Assembly (NCBI GenBank): GCA_964542245.1
Contig: CAZITU010000004.1
Coordinates: 1-63,371 of the forward strand
Reading direction: 5' to 3'
DNA length: 63,371 nt
From: an uncultured Nitrospirales bacterium
GTDB lineage: Bacteria; Nitrospirota; Nitrospiria; Nitrospirales; NS-4
Part shown: positions 34,732 through 44,447 of the stretch, in pieces
How the letters are laid out: every line of letters starts with the position of its first letter
Position numbering within the stretch: position 1 is the first letter of the stretch
The notes under the pieces: generated by a model
The model's input: only the letters and a program-made list of their open reading frames with translations
Told to the model about the DNA's origin: nothing
Databases searched by the model: none
Position numbers and translations under genes: made by a program

Positions 34732-35381
34732 AGGCGCTTGACCGCCTTTTTCGCGGCAGAATGCCTCGGACGGAGACCGTCCAGAAACACCTGTACATAG
34801 CCGGCGACTGCTTCCTCCGGCGAGCAATGGGGGGGGACTTTGAAGATCTCATGCAGCAACCGGTGATACACAATCATGCCGATGAAGGACTGGGCAGCCA
34901 GCAGCGGGTCCACCTGCCGGAACGCCCCTTCCCTGGTGCGCTGGGCAATGTACCCGGCCAGGTACTCGTAAAACACCCGGTGCCGGTTCTGGAAAAACAT
35001 GTCCGAGAGTTCGTGCCCTTCGAGCGCGCTGAACAGCAATAGGCGGAGCAACGACGGGTCCGTGCCCCGGTGAATGCGGAAGCTGGCGATGAGGGTGAAG
35101 ACCCGCACGTCATCCCGCTTCTCGGCTGCCTCCTCGACGGTCGCCATAAGATGGGAGAGCTGCACCTTTTCAGCCAGAATCGCGGCGTACAGCGCTCGCT
35201 TGGTCGGAAAGTATCGGAACACGAGCGCTTCACTGATCCCGGCGGTCTTCGCGATCTCGCGGGTCGTGGTGCCGTTGAAGCCCTTCTGGGCAAACAGGGA
35301 GGCCGCGGCGGCAATAATGCTGGCTTGCCGCTCCCGTCCTGACGGTTTTTGCGTGCCGGACTTCTGGCGTGATCTCATCAC
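34728..35381 (-). CDS. TetR/AcrR family regulator
   Basis: FAQKGFNGTTTREIAKTAGISEALVFRYFPTK HTH. Confidence 0.95.
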   Translation of the reverse strand: MMRSRQKSGTQKPSGRERQASIIAAAASLFAQKGFNGTTTREIAKTAGISEALVFRYFPTKRALYAAILAEKVQLSHLMATVEEAAEKRDDVRVFTLIASFRIHRGTDPSLLRLLLFSALEGHELSDMFFQNRHRVFYEYLAGYIAQRTREGAFRQVDPLLAAQSFIGMIVYHRLLHEIFKVPPHCSPEEAVAGYVQVFLDGLRPRHSAAKKAVKRL

Positions 35382-35390
35382 GTACTCGTC

Positions 35391-35441
35391 ATGTGAGTGA
35401 GTGATTACTTACATACTAGCAGGCGCGCTCCAGCATGTCCA
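35391..35441 (-). promoter_or_regulatory. tetR promoter with probable TetR operator
   Basis: Inverted repeat ATGTGAGT-N8-ACTTACAT (35391-35414) next to minus-strand TGGACA-N17-TAGTAT (35441-35413). Confidence 0.65.
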
Positions 35442-35485
35442 GCAGAAATGATTCCCCAACAGGCGCCGGTCTTGTTGCGGCACGT

Positions 35486-36352
35486 TCAGGTCCGCGATGG
35501 CGCACGCTTGCGCAGCAGGAGATCTGGCGAGCGTTCGCTGGTCTCCTTCACATGGATGCCCATCTTGGGATGGGACGGCTCGAAATCCACCGGAAGCTGG
35601 TAGGCGCGCAGGCGCTCGGCCACGATGGGACCGACGGCAGAGACAACGGCCCTCTCCAGCGCCTGCCGGAGGCGATCGGCGCCATCCAATCGCTCGGCCA
35701 TCTGCATCACGTGCTCCACCTGCACCGCATTGGTGAAGAGGACCACGTCCACCTCGCCCTGCATGAGAGCGCGCACCGCCGCCGTGAGCGGGCCGGTGTC
35801 TTCCGGCAGCATCCACTGGTACACAGGCACCCGCGTGACGGTCGCCCCGCGCGCATCAAGCGCGGCCAGCAGTTCTGCGTTCGACACGCCGTACTCCTGC
35901 ACGGCGACGGTCTTGCCGGTCAGCGGCCGATCCATGGCGTCGAGCGCCTGCACGAGGTCCTTCCAGGTGTTCGGCTCCGGGACGGCGATGGTGGGGGTCA
36001 GGCCCAACTCGCGAAGCACGGCGGTCGGCTTGGGTCCGCGCACGACCAGGATCGTCTTGGCAAGAGCGGCCAGAGTCTGCTCGCGCGGCCAGCGCGTGTC
36101 CAGGACTTTCAGCATGAAACGGGTCCCCACGCCGGTGAGCAGGATCACCATGGCGAACTCGCCGGCCATGAGCCGCTCACCGAAATCCAGCGCGGCGGTG
36201 TTCTGCTCCAGCGGGACCTCGCGCATCGAGGGCGCCACCAGCGGTCGCCCCCCATAGCGCTCGATGAGTTGCGCCATCTGGTCGGCCAACCGGCTCTCAA
36301 ATGCGGCCACGCGAAGGCCCGCGAATCCGGATCGGTCGCTGTCACCAGCCAC
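35486..36352 (-). CDS. hemD: Uroporphyrinogen-III synthase
   Basis: AAFESR, LLTGVG, RGPKP, VPVYQW, FTNAVQV, VGPIVAERL. Confidence 0.85.
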   Translation of the reverse strand: MAGDSDRSGFAGLRVAAFESRLADQMAQLIERYGGRPLVAPSMREVPLEQNTAALDFGERLMAGEFAMVILLTGVGTRFMLKVLDTRWPREQTLAALAKTILVVRGPKPTAVLRELGLTPTIAVPEPNTWKDLVQALDAMDRPLTGKTVAVQEYGVSNAELLAALDARGATVTRVPVYQWMLPEDTGPLTAAVRALMQGEVDVVLFTNAVQVEHVMQMAERLDGADRLRQALERAVVSAVGPIVAERLRAYQLPVDFEPSHPKMGIHVKETSERSPDLLLRKRAPSRT

Positions 36353-36378
36353 AGTTACTCCTTCAGGGTGAGGGGCGA

Positions 36379-36408
36379 TTGACAGGATGCGACGAGTGCG
36401 ACTACGCT
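36379..36408 (+). promoter_or_regulatory. sigma70 promoter of tRNA-Arg(TCG)
   Basis: TTGACA-N18-TACGCT. Confidence 0.6.
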
Positions 36409-36419
36409 TACGTAACCGT

Positions 36420-36496
36420 GCGCCCGTAGCTCAGTTGGATAGAGCGTCGGGCTTCGAACCCGCAGGCCGCAGGTTCAAGTCCTGCCGGGCGCACCA
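36420..36496 (+). tRNA. tRNA-Arg(TCG)
   Basis: Acceptor GCGCCCG/CGGGCGC, D arm GCTC..GAGC, loop CT-TCG-AA, TTCAAGT T-loop, encoded CCA. Confidence 0.93.
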
Positions 36497-36596
36497 ACCG
36501 TTTCAGAACTGCAGCCCCAATCCCGCTTCCCGTCTTCAGCCATTCTAACAGGTTGTGAGGAGTTGAGAGGATCTTGGCGGAGGTGGAGGGAAAGGA

Positions 36597-37742
36597 TTAG
36601 GATGCCTGCTCCAGGACACCGTTGCTGATCACTCGATTGCGTCCTTCGCGTTTGGCTTGATAGAGGGCCTGGTCGGCAAAGTTGATCAGGGCTCCCGGTT
36701 CGGCGTCCTGCGTGGGTATCAGGGCAGCCACGCCGGTACTGACGGTCACCCGATCGGTGACCCGGGAGTTAATATGCGGAATATTCAGGGCCTCCACGTT
36801 CGCGCGCATTGATTCGGCCACCATGGCGGCGTTCTTCGCGTCCGTCTTCGGCAAGAGCACCACGAATTCCTCGCCGCCGTATCGGGCCACGACATCCCCG
36901 GGGCGACACACCGTTCCCTTGATCGCGCGCGCCACCCGTTGCAAACAGTGGTCTCCGGCCTGATGACCGTACGTGTCATTGAAGGCTTTGAAATCATCTA
37001 TATCCATCATCAGCACCGCCAGCGGTGCGCCCTCCCGTCTTGTGCGTCCCCACTCCTGCGTAAACAGCTCGTCAAAGCGACGGCGATTGGCGAGCGCCGT
37101 CAACCAGTCCACACCGGATTGATCTTTCAACTCCTCTTCGAGCTGCTTGAGCGCAGTAATCTCCACCAAGAGGCCGGCGAGTCTCTGTTTCTCCTTACGA
37201 ACCGTCTCCGTCGTCGCCCCATAAAAAATTGATGTCATGAGCAGCACCGTGAGGCCGATGAGGCGACCTTCGGACAGCAAGCCGGTTTCCAGAGAATCCA
37301 AGTAGAGAACCGTTCCATAGGCGGCGCACAGGATGACGGAGAGCCCGATCATCTGCTTCAGAGTGGGCGCGAAGGCGGCGATCAGCATGACCAGAAAATA
37401 GGAGATGTAGAGGGCGGACCCGGTGTTGCCCGACAGATAGAGGACGGCGGCCCCAACGGCGGTATCGCCCAGGACCAATGTCACAACGGGCCAGCCGCGC
37501 TCCCACATGCGAGCCGGAAGAAAGAACACGCCGAGGAGAAACAGCATGAGCCCGGAGACGGCAAATTCTTTGACCTCGGCGCTGAGGAGCTTGTCTTCGC
37601 TGAACAGCAACTGATAGCAGAGAACAATAATGACCAGCGTATGGAGCAGCACAAACTGCTTGCGCTGCCCGGTATCCGAGAAAACTGCACTCAACCGGAG
37701 TTCCGCCGACGCAGGATCCACTGTCAAGGCGTGATCAGGCAT
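36597..37742 (-). CDS. Membrane diguanylate cyclase 1
   Basis: About 5-6 TM helices, DIDDFKAFNDTYGHQAGD, RPGD I-site, RYGGEEF. Confidence 0.93.
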   Translation of the reverse strand: MPDHALTVDPASAELRLSAVFSDTGQRKQFVLLHTLVIIVLCYQLLFSEDKLLSAEVKEFAVSGLMLFLLGVFFLPARMWERGWPVVTLVLGDTAVGAAVLYLSGNTGSALYISYFLVMLIAAFAPTLKQMIGLSVILCAAYGTVLYLDSLETGLLSEGRLIGLTVLLMTSIFYGATTETVRKEKQRLAGLLVEITALKQLEEELKDQSGVDWLTALANRRRFDELFTQEWGRTRREGAPLAVLMMDIDDFKAFNDTYGHQAGDHCLQRVARAIKGTVCRPGDVVARYGGEEFVVLLPKTDAKNAAMVAESMRANVEALNIPHINSRVTDRVTVSTGVAALIPTQDAEPGALINFADQALYQAKREGRNRVISNGVLEQAS

Positions 37743-37779
37743 CGTCCTCGTTGTCGAAAGGCGGGGTAGCTACGGGCGG

Positions 37780-37808
37780 ATTGTAGCCCGACCCGCGCCT
37801 GAAAGCAA
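37780..37808 (-). promoter_or_regulatory. sigma70 promoter of DGC1
   Basis: TTGCTT-N17-TACAAT. Confidence 0.6.
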
Positions 37809-37823
37809 ACGAGATAAACGCCT

Positions 37824-38969
37824 TCACAGCGATCCAAGCACCATTACGCTGCTGATCACGCGATTGCGCCCATTGCGCTTGGCTTGATAGAGGGCCTGGT
37901 CGGCAAAGGTGAGCAGGACGAACGGGTCTGTGTCTAGCGTAGGTGTCACGGCGGCAACCCCCAAACTGATGGTCACGTGATCGATGACCCTGGAGTTAAT
38001 ATGCGGAATATTCAGGGCCTCGACTTTAGCACGCATCGTTTCTGCCACCAAGACGGCGTTCTTCGCATCCGTCTTCGGCAAGACCACCACGAATTCCTCG
38101 CCGCCGTATCGGGCCGCAAGATCTCCGTGGCGATTCACCGACGCCCCGATCACGCACGCCACCTGTTGCAAACAATCGTCTCCGGCCTGATGACCGTAAG
38201 TGTCATTAAACTCTTTGAAATGATCAATATCAATCATCAGCAGCGCCAGCGGGGCGGCGTCCCGTCGTGCGCGCCCCCACTCCTGCTGGAACACCTCGTC
38301 GAACCGACGGCGATTGGGGAGCGCCGTCAACCAGTCCGTCACGGATTGCGCTTTCAGCTCCTCTTCTATCCGCTTGAGCGCAGCAATCTGCTCAAAAAGT
38401 CCGGCCTGTTTCTGTCTCTCTTTGCGAACCGTCTCCGTCGTGGCCCCGTAAAAAATCGCCGTCGTGAGAAGCACCGTGAGGCCGAGGAGGCGACCTTCGG
38501 ACAACGAGCCGCTCTGCTGGGAATCCAGGTAGAGAATCACGCCATAGGTGGCGCACAGGATGAGAGAAAGACCGATCATCTGCCTCAGACTGGGAGCGTA
38601 GGCGCCGATCAGCATGACCAGAAAATAGGAGATATATAAGGCGGAACTGGTGTTACCGGAGAGATAGAAAACGGCTGTCGTGATGGCGGTATCCCCCAAG
38701 ACCAATCCCACAACGGGCCAGCCCCGCTCCCAAATCCGAGCCGGAACAAAGAACACGCCGAGCATAAACAGCATGAGCCCGACCACGGCAAGCGGCTTGT
38801 CCTCAGCGCCGAGGAACGAGTCTGGGCTGAACAGTAACTGATAGCAGAGAACAATTACGACGAGGGTCTGGAGCAGCACAAACTGTAGGCGGCTTTTGGG
38901 ATCTACGGAAGGGGTCTTCGGCTCGGATTCCGCAAACGAAGAATCGAGTGCCAAATCCAGATCAGCCAT
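37824..38969 (-). CDS. Membrane diguanylate cyclase 2 (paralogue of DGC1)
   Basis: Same 381-aa length, RHGD I-site, RYGGEEF. Confidence 0.93.
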   Translation of the reverse strand: MADLDLALDSSFAESEPKTPSVDPKSRLQFVLLQTLVVIVLCYQLLFSPDSFLGAEDKPLAVVGLMLFMLGVFFVPARIWERGWPVVGLVLGDTAITTAVFYLSGNTSSALYISYFLVMLIGAYAPSLRQMIGLSLILCATYGVILYLDSQQSGSLSEGRLLGLTVLLTTAIFYGATTETVRKERQKQAGLFEQIAALKRIEEELKAQSVTDWLTALPNRRRFDEVFQQEWGRARRDAAPLALLMIDIDHFKEFNDTYGHQAGDDCLQQVACVIGASVNRHGDLAARYGGEEFVVVLPKTDAKNAVLVAETMRAKVEALNIPHINSRVIDHVTISLGVAAVTPTLDTDPFVLLTFADQALYQAKRNGRNRVISSVMVLGSL

Positions 38970-39042
38970 GATGCTCAGTTCCTCTTTATCCGAGGAATTG
39001 AAAAGCTCTGTCGCGCTGTGCTCTGCTTCCTAAGCAGGCGGG

Positions 39043-39071
39043 ATTCTAGCCCGCCCTTGCTTCTAAAGCAA
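39043..39071 (-). promoter_or_regulatory. sigma70 promoter of DGC2
   Basis: TTGCTT-N17-TAGAAT. Confidence 0.6.
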
Positions 39072-39224
39072 CACGCACTAACGTTTTCGCGAGGGCGTAG
39101 GTGGCGCGTGCAAAGTGTTTTTTCTTAGCTGAAAGCCTGAGGTATTGAACATCCGGCACTGTTGATCGGGGAACCCGTTGCTCGGCAAATAGCAACGGGT
39201 CATTCGACCCGAGCAAGCCTGGTT

Positions 39225-39299
39225 TGGAGCGGGAAACGGGATTTGAACCCGCGACCCTCGCCTTGGCAAGGCGATGCTCTACCACTGAGCTATTCCCGC
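39225..39299 (-). tRNA. tRNA-Gly(GCC)
   Basis: GCGGGAA acceptor, loop TT-GCC-AA, TTCAAAT T-loop, encoded CCA. Confidence 0.96.
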
Positions 39300-39319
39300 C
39301 CCGGGCAGTGCCAACTGGG

Positions 39320-39349
39320 ATTATAGAGAGCGCTCTGGAAGAGTGTCAA
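39320..39349 (-). promoter_or_regulatory. sigma70 promoter of tRNA-Gly
   Basis: TTGACA-N18-TATAAT. The -35 overlaps the stop codon of the upstream gene. Confidence 0.75.
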
Positions 39350-42165
39350 GGCGTGGTGACCGTGAACCGCCGGCGGATGAGTTGTTCGACCGCTGGAAAG
39401 TATCGTTGCGGCAAGTTCTTGAACCGCCGGCGACACTCCAGCACGGCGACCTCGGCGTTGGGAAACTCCCGGGCCGTTTCCATGAGGTTGTCGTAGTATT
39501 CGCGGACCTTTGCTTCGACCCTCGGATCCTTGGCGCCCGCCAGATCGGCCGCGGCGTCTGCAATGAGTCCGTCGCGAGCGACAATCGTCTGGAAGCACAG
39601 CCCCTTGAAGCGCGAGGCTACGGTGCCCCGGCTGATCCCAAGGCGCTTGGCGACCAGGTCAATCTCGAAGCGTGATTCCCGCATGAAATCCAGGAACGCG
39701 CCGTCGCCTGAAATGTCCCGCCCGGACGCACTCGCGGTATTCGCGGCACCGGCAAGGATCACCCGCCCAACGGCCTCGGATGGGGTGCCCAGACCGAGGT
39801 CTGCCTCGGAGATGACCGTGTCGTCAGCGAACACCACCGCGCGCTCGACGGCATTGCGCAGATCGCGCACATTGCCCCGCCACTCCTGCCGGCGGAGCGT
39901 CTGCATGGCTCGCTCCGAGAATCCCAAGATCGGCTTGCCCGCCCGGTCGGCGAACTCCCGGAGGAAGTGCCGGGCCAATCGCTGCACGTCGTCAGGCCGG
40001 TCGCGGAGCGGCGGCAAGACGACCTGGACGACATTCAGGCGGTAATACAGGTCTTCGCGAAACCGTTTCGCGCGAACCTCCTCTTCCAGGTTTCGGTTGG
40101 TCGCGGCGATGATCCGAACGTCAACGTGCCGCGGATCGGCGCCTCCCACGCGATCCACTTCCCCTGATTGGAGAACCCGCAGCAGCTTTGCTTGGAGGTC
40201 GGGCGACAGTTCGCCGATTTCGTCCAGAAACAACGTGCCGCGGTCGGCCTGTTCGAAGCGTCCCTTTTTGTCCGCATGGGCGCCCGTGAAGGCCCCCTTC
40301 ACATGACCGAAGAGCTCGCTTTCAGCCAGGGTTTCGGTGATCGCCGCCATGTTCACCGCCACGAACGGGCCGTGCCCCCGCGGGCTGAGCGCGTGCAGGG
40401 CCCGAGCCACAAGTTCCTTCCCCGTTCCGGTCTCCCCCGTCAGGAGCACCGCACTGGAGGCCGGGGCGACTTTCTTGACCATCTGAAAGACCTCGATCAT
40501 CCGGCGATCTCCGATGACGATGCCGTACGCCTCCGCTTCGGCCCGCACCGCTTCCTCATCCGTACTGAGAATGACCGTGGACGCAGGCGTCATGGGGCGC
40601 ATGTCCTGGAGCCGCTGTTCCAACTCTTCTACCTGCGCGACGAGACGGTCCCGTTCAACGTGAGCCTTCTGCAAGGCTCCGTCCAGATCCCTGGTCTTGG
40701 CCTCCACTTCGTGAACCTTTTCGGCCGTCTCCCGCGCCGCTTCGCGCAACCGGCGCGCCTCGTCAATTGCCACATCGAATTCCCGGTCATGGGACTCCAA
40801 CCGCGCGCGGCTGGCGGTCAGCGCGGACTCCGTGTCGCGAATCTGCCGCTCCAGGCGCGCGAGCCGTGCACGGACACGGGCCTGTCCCTGAACCGGCACT
40901 ACAACGACGGACAGGAGGAAGGCGGTCATCGGGGCCACGATGGGCAGGACCCGGCCGAACAACTGAAAGGCGACGATCGCCAGTCCCAGGTACACAACGT
41001 TGCCGGCCGCCACCCCGGCGAGGGGGAGCTTCCAGAATCGTCCGGACACGACCAGCGCGCCGGCCACCCCCATCAGGACCACCCACAGGGATACTTCGGC
41101 CGTGGACGGGGAATACAGCCACCGGGCCGTCAGGATCGTATTGAGCGCGTTGGCGTGAACGGTGCCTCCCGGAACGGCGAGCTCCAACGGGACCGTCTTG
41201 AGATCAAAGCCGGTCGCCGTGGTCAGGATCAGGACCGTGGCCCCTTTGAAACGCGCCTCGATCTTGCGCCGGCCCTCCGGCGTCGCGGCCAAGCCCAGAA
41301 CCTCCGAAAACCCGTAATGCGGCAAAAACGTCTCGGTCCACTTGCCCGCATAATTGACCAACATCTGTCCTCGCTCATCAATCGGAATCCGGATCTGTTT
41401 GCGCGGATCAGCCTCAACCCCGCTCAGTTGAACGTACCGGCCCGGCACGATCGCGACGTTCTGCGGCTTCACGCCCAGGACATCCATGGCGACCCGGAGA
41501 GAAAAGGCCGGCAGCAGCCGGTCCTTCACACGCACGACCAGCGGGACGCGCCGGATCACGCCGTCCGGATCCCTGTTGGATGCGATATGGCCCACCCCCA
41601 CCGCGGCGGCGGTCAAGTCGGCCGACGACATAAAGAGTTTCCCCGTCACCAGCAGATCTCCGGAATTCCCATCGGCCAACCAGGGCAAGCCGCTTGATCC
41701 GAGAACGCCCGAGAGCAACGATTGCATCTGGGCCAGCTCAGCCTCGGAGACTCCCTCAGACCCTGGCGCAAAGAGCTCCACGCCGATCGGGAGGTACACG
41801 TTCTTAGCTTGGGCGATGACCTTCATGAAACGCAGGTCGCTGACGGACGATGGGACACTGAACACCACGTCATAGGCGATGGCCTTAGCCCCGACGGAGC
41901 TGAGGATTTCCACCATCAAGGCGTGGACGGCCCGGTCCCATGGCCAGCGGCCCAGCGCGGCCACGCTGGTGTCATCGGAGTCGATGAGAATGAGGCGAGA
42001 ATCGGTGGGGATGGGGTTACGGAGGGCAAAGCGAAGGTCGAGGGTCTTATCCTCCCACACCTGGAAGACCCAGGGCCAAAGTCCCGACACCGCCGCCACA
42101 AGCAGACCGCAGGCTGCCCCGAGGGAGAGAAGACGTGTCAGGTCGGGACGTTCGGCGGCGCTCAT
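39346..42165 (-). CDS. CHASE2-TM-coiled-coil-sigma54 activator (one-component bEBP)
   Basis: LGRWPWDR/DVVFS/DPDGVIRRVPL CHASE2 motifs, TM helices, heptad region, GETGTGKE, GAFTGA, LFLDEIGE, FREDLYYRL, C-terminal HTH-like AKRLGISRGTV. Confidence 0.88.
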   Translation of the reverse strand: MSAAERPDLTRLLSLGAACGLLVAAVSGLWPWVFQVWEDKTLDLRFALRNPIPTDSRLILIDSDDTSVAALGRWPWDRAVHALMVEILSSVGAKAIAYDVVFSVPSSVSDLRFMKVIAQAKNVYLPIGVELFAPGSEGVSEAELAQMQSLLSGVLGSSGLPWLADGNSGDLLVTGKLFMSSADLTAAAVGVGHIASNRDPDGVIRRVPLVVRVKDRLLPAFSLRVAMDVLGVKPQNVAIVPGRYVQLSGVEADPRKQIRIPIDERGQMLVNYAGKWTETFLPHYGFSEVLGLAATPEGRRKIEARFKGATVLILTTATGFDLKTVPLELAVPGGTVHANALNTILTARWLYSPSTAEVSLWVVLMGVAGALVVSGRFWKLPLAGVAAGNVVYLGLAIVAFQLFGRVLPIVAPMTAFLLSVVVVPVQGQARVRARLARLERQIRDTESALTASRARLESHDREFDVAIDEARRLREAARETAEKVHEVEAKTRDLDGALQKAHVERDRLVAQVEELEQRLQDMRPMTPASTVILSTDEEAVRAEAEAYGIVIGDRRMIEVFQMVKKVAPASSAVLLTGETGTGKELVARALHALSPRGHGPFVAVNMAAITETLAESELFGHVKGAFTGAHADKKGRFEQADRGTLFLDEIGELSPDLQAKLLRVLQSGEVDRVGGADPRHVDVRIIAATNRNLEEEVRAKRFREDLYYRLNVVQVVLPPLRDRPDDVQRLARHFLREFADRAGKPILGFSERAMQTLRRQEWRGNVRDLRNAVERAVVFADDTVISEADLGLGTPSEAVGRVILAGAANTASASGRDISGDGAFLDFMRESRFEIDLVAKRLGISRGTVASRFKGLCFQTIVARDGLIADAAADLAGAKDPRVEAKVREYYDNLMETAREFPNAEVAVLECRRRFKNLPQRYFPAVEQLIRRRFTVTTP

Positions 42166-44384
42166 TTGGTCTGCATCTCATACACACCGTCCCAGTCTAC
42201 GGGTGGCGGGTTCTTGAGGAACTCCTCGGAGCGCTCGAGGTACAGCACAGACGGCCCGTCTGTCTTATCAAGCGAAAGCGCATAGGTAAAGGCCCCGACG
42301 GCGCCGGACCAATCCCGTTTCTTGTAGGCCGCCAGGCCTTCATTATATGCAGCGACGACCCGGCGCTTGAGTTCCGACAGCTCGCCTTTCCTGGCCATGA
42401 CCTCGTAGACACGCACGCCTTGCTTCTTGCCCTTGACCCGCAAGAGGTCCAACTCGCGCCACTCCACGGCGTCCTTGGCCATCGAATGCGTCCGTTCCGT
42501 CATCATGATCTCGGTATGAAACGGCTTGTTGCCCCCTTCGACCCGGGAAGCCAGATTCACCGCATCACCCATCACCGTGTACTCCATGCGGGCCTCGGAC
42601 CCCATGTTGCCGACCAGCACGACGCCCGTGTTGAGGCCGACCCGCATCGCCAGTTCCGGCCTGCCTTCCTGCTTCCACTTCTCGCGGAGAGGTTGCATGG
42701 CCGCCTGCATATCGAGCGCCGTGTTCACCGCCCGGATCGCGTGGTCCTCCTGCGGCACAGGGTCTCCGAAGAACCACAACATGCCGTCGCCGATGAACTT
42801 GTCCAGCGTGCCCTGGTAGGCGAACCCGATGCGGGTCAATTCGTTGAAATATTCCTGGAGGACCTTCTGCACGACTTCCGGCTCGATGCCTTCGCAGAGG
42901 CTGGTGAACGAGACCACGTCCGTGAACAGGATCGTGAGTTCCTTGCGCTGCCCGCCCATGAGGCGGTCCATGTGGTCGCTCAAAATCATATCCACGACGG
43001 CCGGAGCGAAGTACGGTGCCAGCGCGGCTCTCGTCTTGCGTTTCTCTCGTTCGCCGGCCGCATACCGATAGGTCAACATGCCGGCGCTGGAGAGCACCCC
43101 CGCCAGCACGACGGGGGCGATCGGGAGAATCCGGCCGAACTCGCTGAAGCTCATCCAGGCCCCTTCCACATACCCTAAAATCGCTCCGATCGCCACGAGC
43201 AAGTAGAGGTACGGCCTGAGCCAGAGCGACAGGAGGGCGACCCCGATCCCCACCCCAAGCACGAGCAGAATCACGGTGGTCGGTCCAGACTCCACCAGAA
43301 ACTGCTGGGTCAGGATGGTGTTGATCATATTCATGTGAACACCGTTGAGGGGGTAGGACGGCTCCAGGGGGACGGTACCCGTGTCGCTCGAGCCGGTCGT
43401 AGACACCGCAAACAGCGCCACGGCGCCTTTGAACCCTCGTTCAAGTTCCGGTCGCTTCTCGGGGTCCTTCGCTTCCTCCAGCAGTTCCACGGCGGAGATA
43501 TGGGTGAACGCCTCGTCCCACCTGGCGGCAAAATTCACCGTGAGTCGGCCATGCTCATCTACCGGAATCCGAATATCGCGTCTCGCGGTTTCCCCGGCAA
43601 CGAGGGCGTCGCGGATGATCACAGCGCCGGGTTGGAGACCGACCTTCGATAAGTCGCTCCCGAGCAGATCGAGCGCCACGCGAAACGAGAGGGCGGGAAA
43701 CAGCCGATCCTTCACCCGCACGAGCAATGGATTCCGTCGCACGCCTCCGTCGGAGTCCTTGGTCGCCGAGGCGTGGCCGATACCGCGGACCACCTGTCCG
43801 AAGACCTCCATCGGCAGCAATCGGGTTTTTCCATAATAGAGGCTGAGGGGGAGGGGTGCCGGCTCAGGCACCGTGAAGCGATGCAGGAGATCGTCCGGGT
43901 ACAGCATCTCGCGCCTGGAGCCCTCTTCCTCTTCCGACTCGGCCTCGGGGGCCAGGGTAAGCGAGAGCGCGCTCGCGAGATACACGTTACCCATGGAGGA
44001 CAGCGCCTTGGCGAAGGCTCGGTCGTTTTCGTTCTTTGGGTCCACCTTCGGATTGGTGGGGAAGGGGAAGAAGACGTCAAAGACGACGGCCCGAACGCCG
44101 AGATCGCGCAGGGTCTCGACCACCCGTGCATTGAGCGCCCTGGGCCACGGCCACCGGCCCAGGGCGCTTACGCTGGTGTCATCAACATTGACGTGGACGA
44201 GACGGGGATCCTGGCGGATCGGACCGCGGAGCTGGTGCATCCGGTCGCTGATCCGAAGATCCAGTTCCTTGAGGTAGGTGGGAAGGGCTACATACGCCAG
44301 CCCGATGACGCACGCCGCTGCAACACCGGCGACCAACGGCGGACCATACCGCGCGATGTCGGGTCGCGTTACCCGACCTCCCAT
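42162..44384 (-). CDS. CHASE2 class III adenylate cyclase with C-terminal TPR-like helix pair
   Basis: LGRWPWPR, FTDVVSFT, LDKFIGDG (Lys), YTVMGDAVNLASRVE (Thr). Lys/Thr are the ATP-specifying residues. Confidence 0.92.
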   Translation of the reverse strand: MGGRVTRPDIARYGPPLVAGVAAACVIGLAYVALPTYLKELDLRISDRMHQLRGPIRQDPRLVHVNVDDTSVSALGRWPWPRALNARVVETLRDLGVRAVVFDVFFPFPTNPKVDPKNENDRAFAKALSSMGNVYLASALSLTLAPEAESEEEEGSRREMLYPDDLLHRFTVPEPAPLPLSLYYGKTRLLPMEVFGQVVRGIGHASATKDSDGGVRRNPLLVRVKDRLFPALSFRVALDLLGSDLSKVGLQPGAVIIRDALVAGETARRDIRIPVDEHGRLTVNFAARWDEAFTHISAVELLEEAKDPEKRPELERGFKGAVALFAVSTTGSSDTGTVPLEPSYPLNGVHMNMINTILTQQFLVESGPTTVILLVLGVGIGVALLSLWLRPYLYLLVAIGAILGYVEGAWMSFSEFGRILPIAPVVLAGVLSSAGMLTYRYAAGEREKRKTRAALAPYFAPAVVDMILSDHMDRLMGGQRKELTILFTDVVSFTSLCEGIEPEVVQKVLQEYFNELTRIGFAYQGTLDKFIGDGMLWFFGDPVPQEDHAIRAVNTALDMQAAMQPLREKWKQEGRPELAMRVGLNTGVVLVGNMGSEARMEYTVMGDAVNLASRVEGGNKPFHTEIMMTERTHSMAKDAVEWRELDLLRVKGKKQGVRVYEVMARKGELSELKRRVVAAYNEGLAAYKKRDWSGAVGAFTYALSLDKTDGPSVLYLERSEEFLKNPPPVDWDGVYEMQTK

Positions 44385-44447
44385 ACACCGCCTTTTTCTG
44401 CGTGGATCGCCTCCCGGACACAGTCACGGCAAGCGTCCCGATGACCG

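Noticed and set aside
36496-39225. tRNA-integrated genomic island
   Set aside because: No duplicated tRNA 3' end (att) and no integrase found. Composition resembles the flanks.
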